Origin: a virus
Virus record (IMG/VR): IMGVR_UViG_3300028042_000004
Length of the DNA: 26,703 bases
Strand: one strand, 5' to 3'
Below are positions 1 to 7,563 of the stretch, one piece after another. Position 1 is the first letter of the stretch. Each line of letters opens with the position of its first letter. The position numbers were made by a program, and so were the translations under genes. The notes beneath the pieces are model-generated. The model was not told the origin of the DNA. It saw nothing but the letters and a program-made list of their open reading frames with translations, and searched no databases.

Positions 1-204
1 TACTGAGTTATAGTTGATTACAATACTGCCACTAGTAAGATCATAGTAGAAAGTAAAGAACTTTCGTGTATCTATATTATAAGCAATTAGTACAAGCTTA
101 TTTGCCAAGGCAGGATCATTAGGGTCTATGTTTTGAAGATCAAGAGTCTCAAACTCCTGGATCTGCTCCACTAAAATTCTCTGTATATAAGGGTTATATT
201 CCAT
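1..204 (-). CDS. hypothetical protein, partial (runs off left edge)
   Basis: Not in ORF track. ATG at 204 after A-rich leader (cttaaaaATG), open for 68 codons to window edge: MEYNPYIQRILVEQIQEFETLDLQNIDPNDPALANKLVLIAYNIDTRKFFTFYYDLTSGSIVINYNSV. Confidence 0.75.
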   Translation of the reverse strand, partial: MEYNPYIQRILVEQIQEFETLDLQNIDPNDPALANKLVLIAYNIDTRKFFTFYYDLTSGSIVINYNSV

Positions 205-248
205 TTTTAAGTCGTTTATCTTTATACATAATACTAAAAATACTGGCT

Positions 249-285
249 AAAAAAAAGCAGAGCAATAAAAAATTTTACTGCTCTG
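249..285 (-). terminator. intrinsic (rho-independent) terminator
   Basis: Minus strand CAGAGCAGTAAAA-TT-TTTTATTGCTCTG stem followed by C and T8, downstream of the lipoprotein gene. Confidence 0.85.
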
Positions 286-344
286 ACTAAAATGCGATCC
301 AGTTTTACTAGCGGTAGCGAGCCCAGTTAATAATGGCGCAATAT

Positions 345-608
345 TTATAAAGGTTTCTTCTTAATAGAGTCCCTCTTTTGTTTAATAGCTTTTTTTATAA
401 TACCTACTCCAGTCATCTCTACACTATCATCCACAATGTCAGCAACACCGTCTACTACTTCACCTACAATACTATCATTAGGTTCAGCTAATTTAGAAGA
501 AACTTTAATATCTTTACTATTTTTTATTTTAATATAAGACACTGAGCATGAGTATATTGATGCTGCTAATATCAGTACTAGCATTATCTTGGCTACAGCT
601 TTTTTCAT
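345..608 (-). CDS. putative lipoprotein (87 aa)
   Basis: MKK n-region, hydrophobic h-region, lipobox-like IYS-C21; acidic middle and very basic C-terminus. Confidence 0.7.
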   Translation of the reverse strand: MKKAVAKIMLVLILAASIYSCSVSYIKIKNSKDIKVSSKLAEPNDSIVGEVVDGVADIVDDSVEMTGVGIIKKAIKQKRDSIKKKPL

Positions 609-609
609 A

Positions 610-1050
610 CTAGTTTTTGATTTTAAATATCAATCCTATATTAGCATCTTTACGAGTATCCACTCCAACGTATACACCAAATGGTAAACGCTTCGTATAG
701 TAGTATACATTAAGACCAGTACCGAACACATTATTATCATGTCCGTCTGTCATTATGTACTCTATATAAGGAACAGTAAATACTTCATATCTCTTTTTCT
801 TCTTTGAAGAATCTTTTTGAGGATATCTTATACCTGCTTTAAATTTATATATGTCTGTGGAAAGGCTACTTGAAAAGCCTAATCCAGCCCCAAAATAAAA
901 TTTCTCTCCTATATATCCCATCTCTACTCCCTGTGCTTCTTTACCAGAGTTTCCACTGATTCCCCAATTTATGAAACTAGGTACTTCTTGAGCACTAACT
1001 GCTGTCATAAGACCTATCATTAGAAAGGCTGTTAAAATAATTTTTTTCAT
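610..1050 (-). CDS. putative small outer-membrane beta-barrel protein (146 aa)
   Basis: Signal peptide MKKIILTAFLMIGLMTAVSA|QE. About eight alternating Gly/aromatic strands (FINWGISG, QGVEMGYI, FYFGAGLGF, IYKFKAGIRY, YEVFTVPYIEY, VFGTGLNVYY, FGVYVGVD, ANIGLIFKI). TAG stop. Confidence 0.7.
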   Translation of the reverse strand: MKKIILTAFLMIGLMTAVSAQEVPSFINWGISGNSGKEAQGVEMGYIGEKFYFGAGLGFSSSLSTDIYKFKAGIRYPQKDSSKKKKRYEVFTVPYIEYIMTDGHDNNVFGTGLNVYYYTKRLPFGVYVGVDTRKDANIGLIFKIKN

Positions 1051-1110
1051 AGTTTTTTTATTAATGTTATTAGTAATATCCGCCTATCATACCTATTGTA
1101 TCTATATAAT

Positions 1111-1611
1111 TTACTTTATAAACAGAGTGAATGGCTCATAACCAAATACTGTTTTAAGTTTGTCAAATGTAGTCTTACTGTTGGTAACATCTGCCTCACT
1201 ATCGTTATTGATATAAGCAAAGTTGTCTCCTACGAGTATACATCCTAAAATATCACTGTTGTAATTCCCTACATGGATCTCTATCATCGATCTGTTCTCC
1301 ACATCCTCTAAGAGATATACTAACCCTTTCGAAGGAGAGTTGTAAGGTATCACACTATATTCTCCATTAGGGATGCAACTAATCTGTGATTCATTGTTCT
1401 CCCAAGGAAGTTCCAGTGTCTTACACTGCATTAAATGACTCTTGCCTTGAAATGCATTAAGCAAGCCTAAAGTCTGCTTTCCATCATCCCAGAAACGCGT
1501 CATTATAGCGAATCTAAAGTTTTCTTTACTTGGATCCCTGTCTAGGGATATTCCTTTTTTAATAGCGATGTATTCCTCACCGTCTATAATCATGTCTATT
1601 ATACTGTCCAT
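1111..1611 (-). CDS. DUF5675-family protein (putative L,D-peptidase / cell-wall enzyme)
   Basis: Motifs TLELPW..N....SCIP.G.Y and IEIHVGNYNSDILGCILVG (His...GC) typical of DUF5675. I prefer the ATG at 1611, just after the upstream stop, over the TTG at 1632. Confidence 0.8.
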   Translation of the reverse strand: MDSIIDMIIDGEEYIAIKKGISLDRDPSKENFRFAIMTRFWDDGKQTLGLLNAFQGKSHLMQCKTLELPWENNESQISCIPNGEYSVIPYNSPSKGLVYLLEDVENRSMIEIHVGNYNSDILGCILVGDNFAYINNDSEADVTNSKTTFDKLKTVFGYEPFTLFIK

Positions 1612-1612
1612 A

Positions 1613-4315
1613 TTAATAATTTGTTTTTTCAATGTACCAGTTAGCGGCTACAACTTGTATTTCTGTATCCACATTACCTTTAACTTGTAATTCTATACTC
1701 TCATTTGCACCTATCTCTAATACTCCAGATAATGCGATATTCACAGCATTTCCTCCACCAATAGTCTCTCTGGCTGATTCCTGCATAGAAGCCTCTGCCC
1801 CATTTATAAATAATTTAAAAGAAAGGGTAGTACTTAATACTGCTGTAATATTTAGTTCAAGGTGTATTTTATATATACCATCTTCAGTTACTTTCAGAGT
1901 AGGTCTTCCTCCTACTGTTACAAACTCAAAAAATCCATTTCCTCGATCCACTGTTGTTGTATCTGTAAATACAAAGTTTCTATAGGCATGATTAATTTCT
2001 ATAGGAGTCATTGTAGATGCCGCATATCTAGCTAACATCCCAGTTGTAGGAAGCGGCTCATCATTTACTGGTGCAGGTACAAATTCTACTCCATCTTCTG
2101 CAGTATTCACTACTAGAGCTTGACCCGCTTTCCCTGCATAATTATGACTAACATCTATAAGGTTCTCAAATGTAGTTACAGGCGCATTTACAGCTGCTTT
2201 TGTGATTTTAAATGTTCCTATATAAGTATCCCCATTAATTTTAACAGCGGCACTATTATCTGATTTCATTTCTACTGTAAGTACACCAGTTGGTATATCA
2301 GCTGGAATCCCTGTAGAAGTTAATATAACCTGAGTTTCTGATTCAGGCTGCCCTTGCCATAATGTATAAGTAATAGGTCCTACAATAATAGTACCATTTA
2401 ATTTTATTTGGATAGTAAGAGGTTGATCATTACCACTATAGTTTCCATAATCTCCAGAAATAGATAATGTTGTATCAGTAGTTAATAATGCCTCTGCCGT
2501 ATCTATAGAATATATTTCTTGAAAATTATTATCTAAAGTCATACTATTAGCCATAGTATCAGTTTGTACACTATCAAGTATTGGAAGTTGATATAATTCA
2601 ACAAGCCCTCCATCTCCTATTCGTAATACTTTTCCTTTTGCTATAGGATCAGCTGCTAATGGAAATACTAAACTATTATTAATAGATATATTATCTTTTG
2701 TAATATCTGGTGCAGCAATATCAGTCTCATTCTGAGTTACTCTTGCTGCTAATGCTGTCTCATCATATATAGTCTGACTTTTAAACATCCATTGACCCGC
2801 CCCTATATTTTCATCATATACTAAAATATCTTTATCATTTGGAATAAAACCTGGGTGAACAGCTTTCCCTCTAATCTTACCAGCATTCCATACGTCTGTA
2901 TCCTGTATGTAACCAGCATCTTTTATAAGTTTACCCGTCGCACCATCAAATACTGCTATGTTCCCATCAGCAGATGTTGTAGAGCTAGAAACATCTCCAC
3001 CGCCAGTAGAGACATCGTCCATTGTTGCAAATACATTATTTGTGCCTGGGTTGTTTGCACCGTCTAGTGCAGCGTTTTGATCTGCTGATATGTGTAAATC
3101 TGTGTCACTTATATGTGAAAGTGTAGGGATAGAAATATCATCTAACTGTGATTTTTGAACATAGTCTGCGATACCCACTAATGGGTGAACAACAGCTCCA
3201 ACAATCTTATGATTAAACTCGATAACATTATTAGCTTTATCAAACAACATAGTTGCTGATTCTCCGTCCTCATTCATTATTACTCCAGTAGCTCCTGCTC
3301 CAGGGGCACTAGTAAGTGTTGTATTTTTTACAAGTGTTCCTGCTACAAGGTCATTAGTTGTAAATTCTCCTTGATCTGTAACTGCTTGTAAATCAGGTGT
3401 TGTACTACTTCCAATGTCTGCCATAGTAGCAATTGGATTACCAGAGTCTGGGGAGTTTGCAGCATCTAAAGCATCACTCTGATCTACAGAGATATGCATA
3501 TGAGCATTTAGTTCGTGTGCACTTACCTCATCCATTAATACTTTACCCTGATTAGCTGATAAAGCATTCACAGCACTAGTAGATGTAAGGTTATCTTCTA
3601 CAATAACTCCTCCTCCAGCTGTGATATCAGCCATAGTAGCTAATACATTCGCAGCATCAGGCGCGTTGGCTCCATCTAGAGCGTCGTTTTGATTGGCTGA
3701 TAAGTGTCTAGTCTCGTTATTTTCATGAAGTTCAAGAAGATCTAATAGGTTTGTCCCCATATTTGCAGACAATGCATCTGTGGAGCTGGTAGAAGTTAAA
3801 TTATCTACTACAGTAACTCCTCCACTACTAGTAGCAGGTTTCCATGCTGGTATTGAAGCATCATATATCAATGCCTGCCCATCTGTAGGTACTGCATTAG
3901 AAATATCTCTCCCTTGTAATTTATTAGCATTCCACGCAATTGTTCCAGGTGTAATATGAGAGTCCTTTATAAGTTTCCCAGAAAGACCATCAAACATTGC
4001 TATAGTACCGTCCATTGATACATTAGGTCCAACAACATCTCCAGAACCCCCACCACCAGACTGGTCTACCCATTCTGTATTTGTTCCTGCTGCATCTGTT
4101 GCTAAAACTTGCCCAGGGTTACCAGTTCCAATAGGGTCTTGTTTATCTGCTATATTTGTAGCATTAGTAGTGATACTAGCAGCATTAGTGCTGATCTCAG
4201 TTGTGTTATTTGTTATATTAGTCTCATTCGTATCAACTTGTGTGAACGAATTATTTATCTTTTGTCTTGATGATGTCCCAGTTTCTCCTGCTGGAAGTAA
4301 TTTAGGTAGTGCCAT
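1613..4315 (-). CDS. tail fibre protein with internal repeats and C-terminal C1q/TNF-like domain (900 aa)
   Basis: Start revised to ATG 4315 (gataaaaatATGgca). N-terminal GETGTSSRQKINNSF anchor-like motif and coiled coil, repeated fibre modules (DNLTSTS..DALSAN.G; GDV..P/S....G.IA.FDG..GKLIKD), and C-terminal TLKVTEDGIYKIHLEL...LFING...LEIGANESIELQV beta-sandwich pattern. Confidence 0.8.
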   Translation of the reverse strand: MALPKLLPAGETGTSSRQKINNSFTQVDTNETNITNNTTEISTNAASITTNATNIADKQDPIGTGNPGQVLATDAAGTNTEWVDQSGGGGSGDVVGPNVSMDGTIAMFDGLSGKLIKDSHITPGTIAWNANKLQGRDISNAVPTDGQALIYDASIPAWKPATSSGGVTVVDNLTSTSSTDALSANMGTNLLDLLELHENNETRHLSANQNDALDGANAPDAANVLATMADITAGGGVIVEDNLTSTSAVNALSANQGKVLMDEVSAHELNAHMHISVDQSDALDAANSPDSGNPIATMADIGSSTTPDLQAVTDQGEFTTNDLVAGTLVKNTTLTSAPGAGATGVIMNEDGESATMLFDKANNVIEFNHKIVGAVVHPLVGIADYVQKSQLDDISIPTLSHISDTDLHISADQNAALDGANNPGTNNVFATMDDVSTGGGDVSSSTTSADGNIAVFDGATGKLIKDAGYIQDTDVWNAGKIRGKAVHPGFIPNDKDILVYDENIGAGQWMFKSQTIYDETALAARVTQNETDIAAPDITKDNISINNSLVFPLAADPIAKGKVLRIGDGGLVELYQLPILDSVQTDTMANSMTLDNNFQEIYSIDTAEALLTTDTTLSISGDYGNYSGNDQPLTIQIKLNGTIIVGPITYTLWQGQPESETQVILTSTGIPADIPTGVLTVEMKSDNSAAVKINGDTYIGTFKITKAAVNAPVTTFENLIDVSHNYAGKAGQALVVNTAEDGVEFVPAPVNDEPLPTTGMLARYAASTMTPIEINHAYRNFVFTDTTTVDRGNGFFEFVTVGGRPTLKVTEDGIYKIHLELNITAVLSTTLSFKLFINGAEASMQESARETIGGGNAVNIALSGVLEIGANESIELQVKGNVDTEIQVVAANWYIEKTNY
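3404..3823 (-). repeat. intragenic tandem repeat, 2 x 210 nt (70 aa), with a third partial copy at about 3011-3120
   Basis: GGVTVVDNLTSTSSTDALSANMG...HLSANQNDALDGANAPDAANVLATMADI vs GGVIVEDNLTSTSAVNALSANQG...HISVDQSDALDAANSPDSGNPIATMADI; partial copy HISADQNAALDGANNPGTNNVFATMDDV. Confidence 0.9.
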
Positions 4316-4329
4316 ATTTTTATCTTTTA

Positions 4330-4491
4330 TTAATCTGCAAACATTAAACAATTATTTCTCCAAGGAAGTGAGTCATTGTACTCAGTACCATCGATACCAC
4401 CTACAGAGTCTGCACAATCTACTACAGGAGGAGGTGTATGACTTCCTCTGCAACAGCAGCAGCATTTCTTTTTCTTATTGAATAATCCCAT
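4330..4491 (-). CDS. small Cys-rich protein (53 aa), below ORF-track cutoff
   Basis: Hand translation MGLFNKKKKCCCCCRGSHTPPPVVDCADSVGGIDGTEYNDSLPWRNNCLMFAD*. A-rich leader aaaacaaaacaATG, fills the gap co-directionally, TAA ends 14 nt before the next start. Confidence 0.7.
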   Translation of the reverse strand: MGLFNKKKKCCCCCRGSHTPPPVVDCADSVGGIDGTEYNDSLPWRNNCLMFAD

Positions 4492-4551
4492 TGTTTTGTT
4501 TTATATTATTATAATACTCTTTTTATTCGCTAAATATAGCTCTAATTACTA

Positions 4552-5214
4552 TTATCTTCTAAATTGAACTAGCGCAACATCTTGCCCTCCATATATCTCT
4601 CTAGCCTCTTTTAAGTATCCCTGGTATTCTGCTATTTCTTCTGCAGTGTATTCATATTCTATACCTATGCTAACTATATTTTGTTCCCAATAAGTTAGGG
4701 TATGTGTCTCACATCCTATGCTTAGCATATTGTTACATAACGCTAAAGGATGCTCTGGCTTACTTCCTACCATCTGTGGAGGGGATGATGTCATAGTCTC
4801 CCCATTTAATGTAATATCAGTATATATCTTAATATCATTGGCCGCTACCCCATCTTTCTCCACTCTACACCTTGCTCCTATAATAGCATTATCTTTTACT
4901 TTTCCATTATAAGTAACCTCAACATACCCTTTCACAAGAGCATTACCAAATATCATAGCATCTCTATGTATCGTTGCATTATCTCTAACAATAGCATTAT
5001 CAAAAATCACTGCGTTATTATATATACAGGCCTCACCAAGTATAGCTCCCTCAATATCCCCTGTCTCTGGGTTCTTAAGATTATCTATACTCTCAACCCA
5101 ACCACCAAGATCACCCTTTTTGTACTCTTGTATATCTACAAGAAGTTCTACTTGGGTGAACTCGATTCCGTCGAATATCACTTTCTTATTATCTGTTAAT
5201 TTAACTCTTTCCAT
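4552..5214 (-). CDS. phage hexapeptide-repeat (left-handed beta-helix-like) protein
   Basis: KKGDLGGWVES..NL N-terminal motif, 6-residue periodicity (ACIYNN AVIFDN AIVRDN ATIHRD AMIFGN ALVKGY), C-terminal IGCETHTLTYW motif. Confidence 0.8.
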   Translation of the reverse strand: MERVKLTDNKKVIFDGIEFTQVELLVDIQEYKKGDLGGWVESIDNLKNPETGDIEGAILGEACIYNNAVIFDNAIVRDNATIHRDAMIFGNALVKGYVEVTYNGKVKDNAIIGARCRVEKDGVAANDIKIYTDITLNGETMTSSPPQMVGSKPEHPLALCNNMLSIGCETHTLTYWEQNIVSIGIEYEYTAEEIAEYQGYLKEAREIYGGQDVALVQFRR

Positions 5215-5223
5215 ATTTTATAA

Positions 5224-7563
5224 TTAGGTACAAGTATGAACATTATTTATATATCCAGTACTTGATATTTGATGTGATTTAGGGGCCATAGTTTCTTTCC
5301 AGTAATTTCCTCCACCATCAAACGCATTAGCAGATAGCCCACTAATATCATTATATACCACATCATTATATGCTGGTGATGAGCCATTTCCTATAAAATA
5401 TTTATCTACAAAACCACCTAAATTACACGCCGCAGAACCTGTTGTTGCACTAGTAGTTGATATAGAAACATACTGTGATTTCAGATGTACTGTTGTTCCT
5501 GTAGAAGGTATTATAGATTCATTATTCTCTGCATCATACGCTGAAACTTTCCACTCTGATTGACTGTTGGCCACTAGACCAGTAATAGCATAAGAGGTAT
5601 TTGTATCTAAAGTATCATGGAATAGTACATCATCTTTATAGATTCTAAATCCAGTAACAGCTACATTATCCCTTTCATCTGTCCAATGTATTACAAAGCC
5701 TGTATGGTTAGAGCTTATAGAATTACCGTATATACCTGTAGGAGGTATAGGTGCCGTAGTATCGGTACCACAAGAAGCGTATTCTGATAAAACACCAACT
5801 GGGTCTATCTTATATACATTTCTACCTTTATCTGTAAAGTTTCTATTTTGCCCATCAAGTAAATCAGTAGCAAGATTTGTATTATAAACCTTATCTGTAA
5901 GTGTTGGATATAATCCTGTCCCATCATGCCATCTCTCAGTCTCAACTAAAAGTTCACATGAATGCCCCTTACTAGATAATGTTGATAGATATGAAGTAAA
6001 TCCAGCATTATTAGTTTGATGTACAGCTAAGCCATTAGATGCTGCTGAATCCCCATTAACATTAACAGTCTTCATAGTCCAAGTGTTATTGGAATCTATA
6101 GTCTGCCCAGTAACAGTAAATTCAGTAATAAGCCCAACAATAAATTCATGAGTGGCTGCACCATTTTTAAATATCTTATATCCTGTAATAGGATCATCTC
6201 CTGGATCAGTAGGAGGTACCCACTCCAAATCAAATGTTGTATTTGTAATATTATCTGCAAATAGCGCTGTAGGCTTCCCAGGCACCCCTTCAGGTAAATT
6301 AGCCATGGTAACACTTATAGACTCTGATAATATTGATATATTTCCAGATGTATCTATAGCTTTCATTGTTATTGCGTAAGTTGTATTCTTTGTAAGGCCA
6401 GTAATCATAAAGTTAGAATATACACCGTCAACCTCTATATGAAGTGTTCCATCTACAAAAACTTGGTATGTTGCTATTCCTCTATTATCTTCAGCCCTTG
6501 TCCAATAAAGTTTGAACTCAGTATTTTTAACATTTTGCCCAAATAAATCTCTTGGGGCTGTAGGAGGATCAACATCTGCTTGAGCAAGCTTCTGTGATAA
6601 ATAGGCTGATTGTGGGCTATCTGTGCCTGACAAAGTTGCAGCTACTGTCCATTTACTTGTTGAAAATGCTGTCTCCCCAGTTATAATTGCTGTAGTTGTA
6701 GACGCATTAGTAGATGAGTGATAAACACCGTCCCTATATATTTTATACCCATTCACAGTAAAATACCCAGTATGCATAAAAGGTACATTCCAGTTTAATG
6801 TAAACCCAGTTGTACCGATTGCGGTACCTGTTGGTCTATTTGGCGGAAATCTTCCACTACTATCCCCAAAGTATATCCATGCAGAGCAGCCGAAACTACT
6901 GCACGCACGTAATCTCGGACGTAATGGTGGGTAAGTATTAATACCTCCATTCATTACATATTCAGTAGGATTACTTGAATCTTGTATGGTTTCTAAAGTA
7001 AAATTAGTATCACCAGCATATTCATAGTATAATGCACAATCTGAACTATTCCATGATCCTATAGTAGTATAATGATCATCAAAGTCCTCATAAATAATAA
7101 CATCAAAACTTTCTGGTGCATTAGGCACTGTAGTAATAGAATTACTTATATTTACTGTAAGAGGCTGAGATATACTACAACCAGTCTCATTACATGCCAT
7201 AACACCTACTTCAGTACAAGTTGACCCTCTAAAAGGCAGGTCAACAGAAGTTCCACTTACTTGCGTAAAAGATGTGACAACAGAATCTACAGTAGCAGTA
7301 ACTCTATAATAGGTAGCAAGAGCAGTCTCTGTCCAAGAAACTCTTATATAACTTCCACATATGTCTGGAGCAAATTCTATCGCTGTTATCCCTGTAGGAT
7401 GCGCTGGTTTTGCAACAGAAAGTGGGCACATACCAGTATCCTGCACATCAGGTATATGATTTGTACCTGCAGCGTTAGGCTCTTTATGTATAAGAGTATT
7501 TGTGCTTGTTATATAAAGCCCTCTATTTATGTATCGCTTGTATCCTGTATTAAAATTTGCCAT
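5224..7563 (-). CDS. fibronectin type III repeat protein (about 6 FN3 plus 2 Cys-bounded repeats), probable virion adhesin
   Basis: Repeated P..P..L...W....Y.(V/I)...A....G.S patterns, e.g. DPPTAPRDL...W...EDNRGIATYQVF and DTTAPIPPTG...W...DNVAVTGFRIY; no signal peptide. Confidence 0.85.
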   Translation of the reverse strand: MANFNTGYKRYINRGLYITSTNTLIHKEPNAAGTNHIPDVQDTGMCPLSVAKPAHPTGITAIEFAPDICGSYIRVSWTETALATYYRVTATVDSVVTSFTQVSGTSVDLPFRGSTCTEVGVMACNETGCSISQPLTVNISNSITTVPNAPESFDVIIYEDFDDHYTTIGSWNSSDCALYYEYAGDTNFTLETIQDSSNPTEYVMNGGINTYPPLRPRLRACSSFGCSAWIYFGDSSGRFPPNRPTGTAIGTTGFTLNWNVPFMHTGYFTVNGYKIYRDGVYHSSTNASTTTAIITGETAFSTSKWTVAATLSGTDSPQSAYLSQKLAQADVDPPTAPRDLFGQNVKNTEFKLYWTRAEDNRGIATYQVFVDGTLHIEVDGVYSNFMITGLTKNTTYAITMKAIDTSGNISILSESISVTMANLPEGVPGKPTALFADNITNTTFDLEWVPPTDPGDDPITGYKIFKNGAATHEFIVGLITEFTVTGQTIDSNNTWTMKTVNVNGDSAASNGLAVHQTNNAGFTSYLSTLSSKGHSCELLVETERWHDGTGLYPTLTDKVYNTNLATDLLDGQNRNFTDKGRNVYKIDPVGVLSEYASCGTDTTAPIPPTGIYGNSISSNHTGFVIHWTDERDNVAVTGFRIYKDDVLFHDTLDTNTSYAITGLVANSQSEWKVSAYDAENNESIIPSTGTTVHLKSQYVSISTTSATTGSAACNLGGFVDKYFIGNGSSPAYNDVVYNDISGLSANAFDGGGNYWKETMAPKSHQISSTGYINNVHTCT

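Noticed and set aside
255-344. Twister or HDV-like/theta ribozyme on the plus strand (GGUAGCGAGCCC and UAAUGGCGCAAU look reminiscent)
   Set aside because: I could not build the required pseudoknot pairings by hand; kept only as a generic structured element.
4316-4351. ORF-track start of the 912-aa protein at 4351 (likewise TTG 1632 and GTG 26669)
   Set aside because: 4351 overlaps the 53-aa ORF, and ATG 4315 has the typical leader. ATG 1611 directly follows the upstream stop. The 26669 frame is open to the window edge.
4492-4551. Possible promoter (TATATTTAG near the Bacteroidota TAnnTTTG consensus; AGTATTAT shared with the 205-248 spacer)
   Set aside because: Imperfect match, and only two instances in very AT-rich DNA; not distinguishable from chance here.
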